Below are positions 32,667 through 46,116 of a stretch of 64,000 nucleotides of DNA, piece after piece. The position numbers and the translations under genes are program-made. Source of the DNA: Psilocybe cubensis (lineage: Eukaryota); the NCBI GenBank assembly GCA_017499595.2, contig CM039006.1, positions 1 to 64,000 of the forward strand, written 5' to 3'. The notes beneath the pieces are model-generated. The model was not told the DNA's origin, made no database searches, and worked only from the letters and a program-made list of their open reading frames with translations. Each line of letters begins with the position of its first letter. Within the stretch, counting starts at the first letter, position 1.

Positions 32667-35600
32667 CCGATGTCGAGATGGCCGACGCGACCAAACCAGG
32701 TCCGTCGATTCAATCCCTTATTGATAAGGGCTTGAATGCACGTCTCAAGAAGCTCAACCTTGGATCTGTGGGCAAGAAGGCAAGTTTTCGTAACCCTTCA
32801 CCCATAATTCTGGATACTAATTACTACTCTAATTACCCAGACTTTGTCTGGCCAGAATTCGTCCAAGGCTCCTCAACCTCAGGCCAAGAAAGCTGGCCCT
32901 TCGAAACCCAAGTCGTCGTCGACGCCTTCGCAACGCAAGCCTCAAACCAAGGCTTCCAACAAGGTCGACAACAAGAAGAAAGGGAAGGGGAGAGCTCCCG
33001 TCAAGAACGATCCAAAGGGAAAGGGAAAGGCAAGAGCCTAGATGCGCGGTCTAATGTAGTACCTTTTACGTCGGTGAGACCCGCCTTCCCCAACTCTATT
33101 CCTGACGATATACTCACCATGACTAAAACAGACGCAGTTTCTTTCGTACACTTACATACTCCAATATCATTCTTGTTGGCTGGCCAGTATCGTAGTAGTG
33201 TACATTGTAGTCCTGGTGTTTCTGTCCCTGTTGATGTAGCAAACGATCTCTCTCTCGGACTTAATTATATGTTTTTCACTCTGCCTTCTAAAAGTCTGAT
33301 CATGCAAGCATGGAATGATTTCCAACGAAGAATAAGATGGCGTATCTATTTTTTGTTTAAGGAAGGCATGAATAAACCTTTTGATCCAGATTATGGAGTA
33401 AGCTCAAAAAAGAAAGAGAAACCTCCTGTATTACCGCAATATATGGAACTTGGCCTTTCGATGGGACGTCGGTACGTGCAACGCACGATCGCAAGTATCC
33501 CGGAAGAAGCCCTTACGGAGATGCGAAAGCACGCGTTCTCTCCTAAAAGGGACAAGATCCGTAAGTTTCTTATCGATAACAACTATGTTATTACGATGAC
33601 AGATAAGAATCTTGGCCTCGCGGTGTCTGAACGCGACTGGATATTAAGGAATGAGCTCAATCTTCTTGAAGATGAACGTAATTACGAAGAGTTAGAATTC
33701 GAAGTTGCGCAAGAAGTTATGAAGAGCAAAATGATTCAGATGCAAACGCTCGCACGTACTGTCGAAGATGAACATCTGTTTCTATTTGAACTTGGGTTGT
33801 CTCGATTCTTTCTATCGAATGTACCGGAAGACGGATCATCGTTCAAGTATCCTCAATTTCATGGTATACCTAAAATCCACAAGAAACCTACTGGATTTAG
33901 GCCCATAATTCCGTGTCACTCTGTAGTATTTAATCCTGCAGCCAAGTTTGTATCAAAAGAGCTTAAGCCGATTATTAAATCGACTCCTTCAATCATACAC
34001 GGAACGAAGGATCTCTTTACGAGATTAAGCCAATTGCGTATAGACTCCAAAAGACAATGGTATTTTGTCACTGGAGATGTAGTTGCTTTCTATCCCAATA
34101 TTCCGTTGGACTTGTGCATCGAAATCGTTTGTAGTATGTACGAGGAATGGTTACTCAACGCTTCGGAAGAAAACACTGCATTAGCCCATATTAATCCAAA
34201 TTCGTTAGAGAATAACTTGGTTAAATTGGGCATCTTTAAACGTGCTATCGAGATTGGCAATACGCAATTGATAACACAACATGGGTCTAGATATTTTAGA
34301 CAAAAAAATGGCCTCGCAATGGGCGTCGCGGATTCTCCGGACCTTGCTAACCTCTTTGGAGCCCATTTTGAAATAAAGTCAAAAATCTTAGACCACCCAA
34401 ACGTGGCCTTCTATGGAAGGTACATCGACGATTGTTTCGCAATTGTTTACGCCGAGTCCGAAGCACTTGCACTTAATCTTATTAAAGAAACAATAAAGTT
34501 CGATGGTTGTGTTATCGAATGGGCTGTTTCCTCGTCGGGATGTCAATTTCTCGATGCTTTCATATTCAAGGAGTCTGGAAAACTTCATTGGAAGCCTTTT
34601 GTCAAGACAGGAAACAACCGAGAACGAGTTCCATGGGTATCACATCATCCTTTGGACGTCAAACGTGGCGTCTACATTGGAGAGTTATCCAGGTTAGCCG
34701 TGCTATGTAGTACCAAGGAAATCTACATCGGAGCAATTAGAGACCTTAACGCTCTCTATTTGATGCGCGGTTATCCCGAAAACCTAGTCATATCTTGGTG
34801 TAAGAAGAATATACAAGAACGTTGGGAAAAGCGATTCGCTTTACGAGTCGCAGAGCACGACGAATCCATTCTTGTACTTAAAACCAGATTTGATCAGGTA
34901 TGGAATTGGTTTTCAGCTGCTGAACTTGGAAAAACTGTTACCGAGTACTGGTCGGCATGGTATGAACATGCCGAGAAAGGTTTGTATAGTGCAGACTCGT
35001 CCAGACCCCTTATCAAACCAGATCCAAATTACGTTCACGACCTCGATGATGTTCGCCCGGAGCTGTTCACACAGATCCTCGTGGACGGAGAAACTGAGTT
35101 CGTACCGGATTTGAGGAAGATAGGACTACTCGGAAGTCGTTGGATAGTATCGCGAAAACGCAATACTAATCTTTTCGACCTTGCAAATGTGTGGAAGAAA
35201 ACAGTCTTTCGTAAACTGGATGAAGACATCGCTGAAAAAGGTGGTGTTGTTCCCGAAACTCAAAACGTTAATGAAACTTATCATTCTGCTTTAGTTGAAG
35301 CTGCTGAGCAGATAAGTATCGAAAGTGATAACGAGATAATACTTCATAGACGTTCAATCTCACAAGAGAGGGAACATCCAGAATTTGGCAGAATATCCAA
35401 ATCTTACAACCGATGAAAAGAATACTAGCGCTTAAGGCGTAAAGCATTAGAAAAAAAACCCTAACCGTAAGTATTCCTTGCTATAAAGTAACAAACATCT
35501 ACTTACAAGCAACACATTGGATTGAATAGCTAAACCTAAACCTAAACCCTAAACCCTAAACCCTAAACCCTAACCTAACCCCAACCCTAAGCTAACTAAG

Positions 35601-36271
35601 TCTAACCTTAGTAGGAAGTAAGGTAGGCGTGTGAACTTCCGAACGGCATGTGATTGTGAAGGGCCGGATCTAATTTAGTACATGGGAAAAGTTACTTAGT
35701 ACTTCGGGAAAAGTTCCTTAGTACCGTGGAAACATTTTTGATGGACCGGATCATGAACTGTCCAATTAAGATTCACAACAATCAATCATTCTATTGTTTG
35801 ATTGTTAGGTAAGGACCCAGGTAAGTTATTTATACTCTAGACATGTGAATATTCCCATGTCGCGGTTACTCGGAGCCACGTAACCAGAGTAATCTATATC
35901 CATGTGATTCACATCACAGTCAATAACCCACGATGTCAAAGAACAAAAGTGTTGGATCCACTTTTGACAGGTTACCATGTGCCACATCGACCCGTGACAC
36001 TCTGTTCATCAGAGACCTGTCTAACTTGACAATAAACATTGACAGATTTGTGATAGTCGGTAAGATACATGACAGCTGCGCAGCATCACTTCACGCGCTG
36101 TCATCGGATGTCTAGAACATTCCTTCTAAGAATAGCCACTGAAGAGTCTATAAAGACGAAAGGGCTGGTTGTTGGGATCCCCCAACAGCCCTCTGGCTAC
36201 TTTCCATTTAACTCCCAGTTTAAACTAGTCGCTCGCACCTCGCTTCGCTCGGTGCTCGCTCCCCCCCTAAA
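32667..36271 (+). mobile_element. Unit 9 (subfamily B), 5'-truncated; open 912-aa RT frame 32678-35416
   Basis: Junction TAAACCC|GATGTCGAGATG after a telomeric tract. Confidence 0.9.
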
Positions 36272-36300
36272 CCCTAAACCCTAAACCCTAAACCCTAAAC

Positions 36301-39006
36301 CCGTAAGTTTCTTATCGATAACAACTATGTTATTACGATGACAGATAAGAATCTTGGCCTCGCGGTGTCTGAACGCGACTGGATATTAAGGAATGAGCTC
36401 AATCTTCTTGAAGATGAACGTAACTATGAAGAGTTAGAATTCGAAGTTGCGCAAGAAGTAATGAAGAGCAAAATGATCCAGATGCAAACTCTTGCACGTA
36501 CTGTCGAAGATGAACATCTGTTTCTATTTGAACTTGGGTTGTCTCGATTCTTTCTATCGAATGTACCGGAAGACGGATCATCGTTCAAGTATCCTCAATT
36601 TCATGGTATACCTAAAATCCACAAGAAACCTACTGGATTTAGGCCCATAATTCCGTGTCACTCTGTAGTATTTAATCCTGCAGCCAAGTTTGTATCAAAA
36701 GAGCTTAAGCCGATTATTAAATCGACTCCTTCAATCATTCACGGAACGAAGGATCTCTTTACGAGATTAAGCCAATTGCGTATAGACCCCAAACGACAAT
36801 GGTATTTTGTCACCGGGGATGTAGTTGCTTTCTATCCCAATATTCCGTTGGACTTGTGCATCGAAATCGTTTGTAGTATGTACGAGGAATGGTTACTCAA
36901 TGCTTCGGAAGAAAACACTGCATTAGCCCATATTAATCCAAATTCGTTAGAGAATAACTTGGTTAAATTGGGCATCTTTAAACGTGCTATCGAGATTGGC
37001 AATACGCAATTGATAACACAACATGGGTCTAGATATTTTAGACAAAAAAATGGCCTCGCAATGGGCGTCGCGGATTCTCCGGACCTTGCTAACCTCTTTG
37101 GAGCCCATTTTGAAATAAAGTCAAAAATCTTAGACCACCCAAACGTGGCCTTCTATGGAAGGTACATCGACGATTGTTTTGCAATTGTTTACGCCGAGTC
37201 CGAAGCACTTGCACTTAATCTTATTAAAGAAACAATAATGTTCGATGGTTGTGTTATCGAATGGGCTGTTTCCTCGTCGGGATGTCAATTTCTCGATGCT
37301 TTCATATTCAAGGAGTCTGGAAAACTTCATTGGAAGCCTTTTGTCAAGACAGGAAACAACCGAGAACGAGTTCCATGGGTATCACATCATCCTTTAGACG
37401 TCAAACGTGGCGTTTACATTGGAGAGTTATCCAGGTTAGCCGTGCTATGTAGTACCAAGGAAATCTACATTGGAGCAATTAGAGACCTTAACGCTCTCTA
37501 TTTGATGCGCGGTTATCCCGAAAACCTAGTCATGTCTTGGTGTAAGAAGAATATACAAGAACGTTGGGAAAAGCGATTCGCTTTACGAATCGCAGAGCAC
37601 GACGAATCCATTCTTGTACTTAAAACCAGGTTTGATCAGGTATGGAATTGGTTTTCAGCTGCTGAACTTGGAAAAACTGTTACCGAGTACTGGTCGGCAT
37701 GGTATGAACATGCCGAGAAAGGTCTGTATAGTGTAGACTCGTCCAGACCCCTTATCAAACCAGATCCAAATTACGTTCACGACCTCGATGATGTTCGCCC
37801 GGAGCTGTTCACACAGATCCTCGTGGACGGAGAAACTGAGTTCGTACCGGATTTGAGGAAGATAGGACTACTCGGAAGTCGTTGGATAGTATCGCGAAAG
37901 CGCAATACTAATCTTTTCGACCTTGCAAATGTGTGGAAGAAAACAGTCTTTCGTAAACTGGATGAAGACATCGCTGAAAAAGGTGGTGTTGTTCCCGAAA
38001 CTCAAAACGTTAATGAAACTTATCATTCTGCTTTAGTTGAAGCTGCTGAACAGATAAGTATCGAAAGTGATAACGAGATAATACTTCATAGACGTTCAAT
38101 CTCACAAGAGAGGGAACATCCAGAATTCGGCAGAATATCCAAATCTTACAACCGATGAAAAGAATACTAGCGCGTAAGGCGTAAAGCATTAGAAAAAAAC
38201 CCTAACCGTAAGTATTCCTTGCTACAAAGTAACAAACATCTACTTACAAGCAACACATTGGATTAAATAGCTAAACCTAAACCTAAACCCTAAACCCTAA
38301 ACCCTAAGCCCTAACCTAACCCCAACCCTAAGCTAACTAAGTCTAACCTTAGTAGGAAGTAAGGTAGGCGTGTGAACTTCCGAAAGGCATGTGATTGTGA
38401 AGGGCCGGATCTAATTTAGTACATGGGAAAAGTTACTTAGTACCTCGGGAAAAGTTCCTTAGTACCGTGGAAACATTTTTGATGGACCGGATCATGAACT
38501 GTCCAATTAAGATTCACAACAATCAATCAATTGATTGTTAGGTAAGGACCCAGGTAAGCTATTTATACTCTTGACATGAGAATATTCCCATGTCACGGTT
38601 ACTCGGAGCCACGTAACCAGAGTATTTTATATCCATGTGATTCACATCACAGTCAATAACCCACGATGTCAAAGAACAAAAGTGTTGGATCCACTTTTGA
38701 CAGGTTACCATGTGCCACATCGACCCGTGACACTCTGTTCATCAGAGATCTGTCTAACTTGACAATAAACATTGACAGATTTGTGATAGTCGGTAAGATA
38801 CATGACAGCTGCGCAGCATCACTTCACGCGCTGTCATCGGATGTTCCAGAACATTCCTTCTAAGAATAGCCACTGAAGAGTCTATAAAGACGAAAGGGCT
38901 GGCTGCTGATAACAATCAACAGCCCTCTGGCCTTCTTTCCATTTAACTCACAGTTTAAACAAGTCGCTCGCACCTCGCTTCGCTCGGTGCTCGCTCCCCC
39001 CCTAAA
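36301..39006 (+). mobile_element. Unit 10 (A-like variant), 5'-truncated; open 606-aa RT frame 36338-38158
   Basis: Junction TAAACCC|GTAAGTTTC; private changes (ETIMF, ALRIAE, YSVD). Confidence 0.9.
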
Positions 39007-39061
39007 CCCTAAACCCTAAACCCTAACCCCCCCAAAACCCTAAACCCTAAACCCTAAACCC

Positions 39062-42000
39062 TACCTTTTACGTCGGTAAGACCCGCTTTCCCCAACTCTA
39101 TTCCTGACGATATACTCACCATGACTAAAACAGACGCAGTTTCATTTGTACACCTCAATACCCCAATTTCTTTCTTATTGGCTGGCCAGTATAGATCTAG
39201 TGTACATTGTAGTCCTGGTGTTGTAGTTCCGGTTGATGTAGCAAACGACTTATCTCTCGGTTTAAATTATATGTTTTTCACACTGCCTTCTCAAAGTCTG
39301 ATCATGCAAGCATGGAATGATTTTCAACGAAGAATAAGATGGCGTATCTATTTTTTGTTTAAAGAAGGCATGAATAAACCTTTTGATCCAGATTATGGAG
39401 TAAGTTCTAAGAAAAAAGAAAAACCTCCTGTATTACCGCAATTTATGGAACTTGGCCTTTCAATGGGACGTCGGTACGTTATTAAAACGATCGCAAGTAT
39501 CCCGGAAGAAGCCCTCAAGGAGATGCGAAAGCACGCGTTCTCTCCTAAAAGGGACAAGATCCAAAAGTTTCTTATCGATAACAACTATGTTATTACGATG
39601 ACAGATAAGAATCTTGGCCTCGCGGTGTCTGAACGCGACTGGATATTAAGGAATGAGCTCAATCTTCTTGAAGATGAACGTAATTACGAAGAGCTAGAAT
39701 TCGAAGTTGCGCAAGAAGTAATGAAGAGCAAAATGATCCAGATGCAAACTCTTGCACGTACCGTCGAAGATGAACATCTGTTTCTATTTGAACTTGGGTT
39801 GTCTCGATTCTTTCTATCGAATGTACCGGAAGACGGATCATCGTTCAAGTATCCTCAATTTCATGGTATACCTAAAATCCACAAAAAACCTACTGGATTT
39901 AGGCCCATAATTCCGTGTCACTCTGTAGTATTTAATCCTGCAGCCAAGTTTGTATCAAAAGAGCTTAAGCCAATTATTAAATCGACTCCTTCAATCATTC
40001 ACGGAACGAAGGATCTCTTTACGAGATTAAGCCAATTGCGTATAGACCCCAAACGACAATGGTATTTTGTCACCGGGGATGTAGTTGCTTTCTATCCCAA
40101 TATTCCGTTGGACTTGTGCATCGAAATCGTTTGTAATATGTACGAGGAATGGTTACTCAACGCTTCGGAAGAAAACACTGCATTAGCCCATATTAATCCA
40201 AATTCGTTAGAGAATAACTTGGTTAAATTGGGCATCTTTAAACGTGCTATCGAGATTGGCAATACGCAATTGATAACACAACATGGGTCTAGATATTTTA
40301 GACAAAAAAATGGCCTCGCAATGGGCGTCGCGGATTCTCCGGACCTTGCTAACCTCTTTGGAGCCCATTTTGAAATAAAGTCAAAAATCTTAGACCACCC
40401 AAACGTGGCCTTCTATGGAAGGTACATCGACGATTGTTTCGCAATTGTTTACGCCGAGTCCGAAGCACTTGCACTTAATCTTATTAAAGAAACAATAAAG
40501 TTCGATGGTTGTGTTATCGAATGGGCTGTTTCCTCGTCGGGATGTCAATTTCTCGATGCTTTCATATTCAAGGAGTCTGGAAAACTTCATTGGAAGCCAT
40601 TTGTCAAGACAGGAAACAACCGAGAACGAGTTCCATGGGTATCACATCATCCTTTGGACGTCAAACGTGGCGTCTACATTGGAGAGTTATCCAGGTTAGC
40701 CGTGCTATGTAGTACCAAGGAAATCTACATCGGAGCAATTAGAGACCTTAACGCTCTCTATTTGATGCGCGGTTATCCCGAAAACCTAGTCATGTCTTGG
40801 TGTAAGAAGAATATACAAGAACGTTGGGAAAAGCGATTCGCTTTACGAGTCGCAGAGCACGACGAATCCATTCTTGTACTTAAAACCAGATTTGATCAGG
40901 TATGGAATTGGTTTTCAGCTGCTGAACTTGGAAAGACTGTTACCGAGTACTGGTCGGCATGGTATGAACATGCCGAGAAAGGTCTGTATAGTGCAGACTC
41001 GTCCAGACCCCTTATCAAACCAGATCCAAATTACGTTCACGACCTCGATGATGTTCGCCCGGAGCTGTTCACACAGATCCTCGTGGACGGAGAAACTGAG
41101 TTCGTACCGGATTTGAGGAAGATAGGACTACTCGGAAGTCGTTGGATAGTATCGCGAAAGCGCAATACTAATCTTTTCGACCTTGCAAATGTGTGGAAGA
41201 AAACAGTCTTTCGTAAACTGGATGAAAACATCGCTGAAAAAGGTGGTGTTGTTCCCGAAACTCAAAACGTTAATGAAACTTATCATTCTGCTCTAGTTGA
41301 AGCTGCTGAACAGATAAGTATCGAAAGTGATAACGAGATAATACTTCATAGACGTTCAATCTCACAAGAGAGGGAACATCCAGAATTCGGCAGAATATCC
41401 AAATCTTACAACCGATGAAAAGAATACTAGCGCGTAAGGCGTAAAGCATTAGAAAAAAACCCTAACCGTAAGTATTCCTTGCTATAAAGTAACAAACATC
41501 TACTTACAAGCAACACTTTGGATTAAATAGCTAAACCTAAACCCTAAACCCTAAACCCTAAACCCTAACCTAACCCCAACCCTAAGCTAACTAAGTCTAA
41601 CCTTAGTAGGAAGTAAGGTAGGCGTGTGAACTTCCGAACGGCATGTGATTGTGAAGGGCCGGATCTAATTTAGTACATGGGAAAAGTTACTTAGTACTTC
41701 GGGAAAAGTTCCTTAGTACCGTGGAAACATTTTTGATGGACCGGATCATGAACTGTCCAATTAAGATTCACAACAATCAATCATTCTATTGTTTGATTGT
41801 TAGGTAAGGACCCAGGTAAGCTATTTATACTCTAGACATGTGAATATTCCCATGTCGCGGTTACTCGGAGCCACGTAACCAGAGTAATCTATATCCATGT
41901 GATTCACATCACAGTCAATAACCCACGATGTCAAAGAACAAAAGTGTTGGATCCACTTTTGACAGGTTACCATGTGCCACATCGACCCGTGACACTCTGT

Positions 42001-42270
42001 TCATCAGAGACCTGTCTAACTTGACAATAAACATTGACAGATTTGTGATAGTCGGTAAGATACATGACAGCTGCGCAGCATCACTTCACGCGCTGTCATC
42101 GGATGTTCCAGAACATTCCTTCTAAGAATAGCCACTGAAGAGTCTATAAAGACGAAAGGGCTGGCTGCTGATAACAATCAACAGCCCTCTGGCCTTCTTT
42201 CTATTTCAAACTCACAGTTTAAACTAGTCGCTCGCACCTCGCTTCGCTCGGTGCTCGCTCCCCCCCTAAA
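39062..42270 (+). mobile_element. Unit 11 (mosaic, third variant), 5'-truncated; open 765-aa RT frame 39121-41418
   Basis: Diverged 5' part (HLNTP, QFMEL, YVIKT, IQKF), A-like RT core, partly B-like UTR. Confidence 0.9.
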
Positions 42271-42285
42271 CCCTAAACCCTAAAC

Positions 42286-42976
42286 CCTAACCCCAACCCT
42301 AAGCTAACTAAGTCTAACCTTAGTAGGAAGTAAGGTAGGCGTGTGAACTTCCGAACGGCATGTGATTGTGAAGGGCCGGATCTAATTTAGTACATGGGAA
42401 AAGTTACTTAGTACTTCGGGAAAAGTTCCTTAGTACCGTGGAAACATTTTTGATGGACCGGATCATGAACTGTCCAATTAAGATTCACAACAATCAATCA
42501 ATTGATTGTTAGGTAAGGACCCAGGTAAGCTATTTATACTCTTGACATGTGAATATTCCCATGTCGCGGTTACTCGGAGCCACGTAACCAGAGTAATCTA
42601 TATCCATGTGATTCACATCACAGTCAATAACCCACGATGTCAAAGAACAAAAGTGTTGGATCCACTTTTGACAGGTTACCATGTGCCACATTGACCCGTG
42701 ACACTCTGTTCATCAGAGACCTGTCTAACTTGACAATAAACATTGACAGATTTGTGATAGTCGGTAAGATACATGACAGCTGCACAGCATCACTTCACGC
42801 GCTGTCATCGGATGTCTAGAACATTCCTTCTAAGAATAGCCACTGAAGAGTCTATAAAGACGAAAGGGCTGGTTGTTGGTACCCCCCAACAGCCCTCTGG
42901 CCTTCTTTCCATTTAACTCACAGTTTAAACAAGTCGCTCGCACCTCGCTTCGCTCGGTGCTCGCTCCCCCCCTAAA
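42286..42976 (+). mobile_element. Unit 12, most proximal, 3' UTR-only fragment with hammerhead
   Basis: Starts in the internal telomere-like tract; ends at the common 3' end. Confidence 0.88.
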
Positions 42977-43050
42977 CCCTAAACCCTAAACCCTAAACCC
43001 TAAACCCTAAACCCTAAACCCTAAACCCTAAACCCTAAACCCTAAACCCT
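42970..43050 (+). repeat. Proximal telomeric tract (CCCTAAA)~11; boundary between array and unique subtelomere
   Basis: Perfect heptamer repeats directly abutting non-repetitive sequence. Confidence 0.95.
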
Positions 43051-44198
43051 CTCTGCTTCTGTGAAATCATGATACATACATTGCACCAAAGCTGTTACAG
43101 TATATGTACGCTGTTCTTGTGCGATGTTAGGAAATCTTTTTTCAATAGCCGCAGAGGATTGAATATTGAACTCTGGCTTACCATTGTATAAGGTCACGGA
43201 ATCTTCAGACTGCGCACGAGCCAGAAGCTTGCGTATGCTGGCCCCTTCAATGAGATTACATGATTTCTTCTTCGTAATTTTCTTTACGCTCCGCCCTCTT
43301 TCGCATTGCTCTGATGCGTGTTGCATGTCTGTATCGCAGCCATTCACTACGGATATACTCTTCGATATGCTCCTGTACTCAAGAAGGTCCAAAATTTCTA
43401 TGCAATGAGCCACGCTTTGCCGCTTCAAATCTGATTATCTTTCTCTGGAATAACTCTAATCTCGCATCGTATCGCCTCACTGCATCATTGGTTCAGAATG
43501 ATCTGTAATGGATTATTGTGCCCCTGCTGAGGCTGGTATCTCCCCACCTCCGCACGGGTGCGTATAGTGGGAGCGAAGGGAGTTCCTGTTGATTGTCGCC
43601 ACTCAGGACCCTATCTAAGCGGATTCCATATTGTCTTTTTGATCATCACCTTCTGTTGTGGAGGCCTATCGGTTCTACGGAGAGGTATGGGGCATTATCG
43701 GAATATTCAGAACATCTGCGGGAGTTCACATCTCAGCGGGTGCAATTACGCTTTGTTTTGGGGCTGGCTGCGCGGGATATTCGCCACTCCAGTCGAGCAC
43801 GCTTTGAGTGGTTACAAGGCCAGTATTTGAACTTTGAACAAGGCAATTTTCTCTCGCTGATTGAACTTGGCCAACGCATAGCTAACTAACACGGTTACAG
43901 TAGTTAATATGCACTTCTGTAGGTGATCCGGGAGGTTCGCAGTATCGTTATAATTGTGTCTGTGAGAAGGAAGGACATCTACTAATGTTAGATTGTATGA
44001 TTTCAGTCGAAATGGCCTTCACTGAAGTCAATGCTGATGTATTTTGTTACACAGATGAATGTCGTGTCACAGATAATCCCTGCCGCAGATAAATTGTACA
44101 ATGAGTGGAGATGCAGATGCACCACAGCCTTGTAGAACCATGCCTCTATGTTCTGAGTACCCTGTGTAGATGTATTTGATTGAATATTCTAAAATGTC

Positions 44199-46116
44199 GG
44201 GCATACAGAAATCAGCGTGGCTGCTCGCGTGCGTGCGTTTTTGCGTGTGCCTGCGTGACACGCATTTTTGCGCAACAACTATGTTCTGCACGCATATTGA
44301 TGTCTTCTGCACGCAATGTCACAGTTGTGTCACACGTAAGGCTGCAATATAATGGTTCTCGTCAGCGTTCATTTATTTATATTTGATATGTGCCAATGAC
44401 AGTATCCTGTTGTGCTATACCAGTTCATGCGTAGCCACCACACGGGTATCAAACAGTGCCAACAGGATGCAGATGGTTGCATGGTTGATGTTGTATTTTA
44501 TTTATATAATGCCTCTACAGGTCTATAATACATGGTCTATAATACATGGGAATTTTGTGTGTTTGAGGGTCTGGCTCCAGTAGAACTTCAACGGATTCTT
44601 ACAAAACCCATCTATACACAAACTCGAGGCACGGCTTCGTATGCCGTTGCCCTCGGCATGTGCCTCGCATCAATCTCCGAGGCAGCAACCAATCGTCGGC
44701 ATTGCAAACGGCAGAAGCTTATGATCGGTAACATCCGATCACTTCGTCAACTTGGAAGAAAAACCACAATTTTGCTTTTTTGACATGTGTTTATAGTGTT
44801 GAACAACCACCAGCGTGACACTACAGCACGTTAGGTGCACTCGATTGCACGCATTTGCCACGCAAGCAGCACGCAACCCGTTTTCCCACGTACACGCGAT
44901 GACACGCGACGGCACGCGACCCACTAAATGCGTGCAATCGACACGCAAGCAATTGTGATCTGCACGCGACGACCCCGCAAGCAGTTTTACCGTGCACGCG
45001 AGTACGAAATATTGCGTTTTGGAATATCTTTCTGCAAAATATATCTGGATGTGCCATTAAATATATGTTTCAAAGCTCTTTAAGAAATCAAAATGTGAAA
45101 CTAAAGATTGCACTGTTTCAAAGAAGCTATTACAAATTATGCCACGCAAATACCTCACCGTCTGGAAAGATTTCTTGTTAAGGCAACAAATAAAATCTTT
45201 CCCAAGTCCGACAGCAAACAAAGCTACTGTGACAAGGATTCCGTATTCAAGCCATGCACAATGCAAACCGAAGTGCGCGCGGCGGAGCACTCGTAGGACC
45301 GGGTCTTCTTAGTCGTTCGAGAAAGATAAACGCCGTGTAAATGCGTCGTTTTATCGGAATTGCTGGTTTGAATCTCCTCGATTTATACAACAAACTGCGT
45401 TGCTCTCGCCGACGGTCCCGGGTTTTCACTCCAGTTTGTTGTGGCTAACCCCATCGGTTACTAATGCAAGGAGTCAGTGAATAATAGAGGATACAAGGGA
45501 TTATAAGCCTGTTCCTCTAAGAGGCGCTTGGTGACAACATTAGACATCGTAATGGGAATGGGTGTTTTGAAGCACAATTAGGATATATTAAAGTAACATT
45601 CCAACTACCCTTTCCCTTTAACTTCCTGCGTAGATGTAAATATCAAAAAGTTCTCCCAACCCCATATCCTCATGGATAGTTTCATCCAATAACATATGTG
45701 GCCCCTAATCCATAGATATTAAAGGCAGAAATATCTGGCCTCGGCTTAGTAGGCTGAGCCCTTATGCTAAAACAATGGATCAAGGCTCGCTAAACCATTA
45801 TTAGACCCTCAATTAAGTAGTTTTATCTAGATGAGACTGAATCATTTAGATACAACTGGATGCATAGCATACTGCATTCCTTGCAGAAAACAGCTCAACG
45901 TACACTGCTCTTCATGTGAATTTTATACAGAATGTTGCACGCAAATAGCACGGTACCTCAACGATGCTGCACGCATTTACATATCATGCACACGCGACAT
46001 CTAGCATTTTGCACGCAAAATCATATGAAGGACACGCAAATATACTGATTGACATTCACGTGTGGCACGCAAAAATAGGTCGCACGCGGGCTAACCACGC
46101 TGATTTCCTGGTGCCC
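44199..46116. mobile_element. Non-autonomous TIR DNA transposon, probably Mutator-like (1918 bp)
   Basis: Imperfect ~50-bp TIRs (GGGCATACAGAAATCAGCGTGG... and ...CCACGCTGATTTCCTGGTGCCC); exact 9-bp TSD TAAAATGTC at 44190-44198 and 46117-46125; many CACGC motifs; no transposase ORF. Confidence 0.8.

Larger units (their letters stand above)
1..42976 (+). mobile_element. Telomeric head-to-tail array of ~13 endonuclease-less Penelope-like (Coprina-type) retroelement insertions
   Basis: Repeated ~4.4-kb unit, always + strand, common 3' end GCTCGCTCCCCCCCTAAA, variable 5' truncation, (CCCTAAA)n between most units. RT has PLE-type motifs and no GIY-YIG domain. Confidence 0.95.

Noticed and set aside
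1611-41231. Many 60-150-aa alternative-frame and antisense ORFs overlapping the RT ORF
   Set aside because: Shadow ORFs of a repeated sequence, several not kept between subfamilies; only the Lys-rich 2804-3001 frame has independent support.
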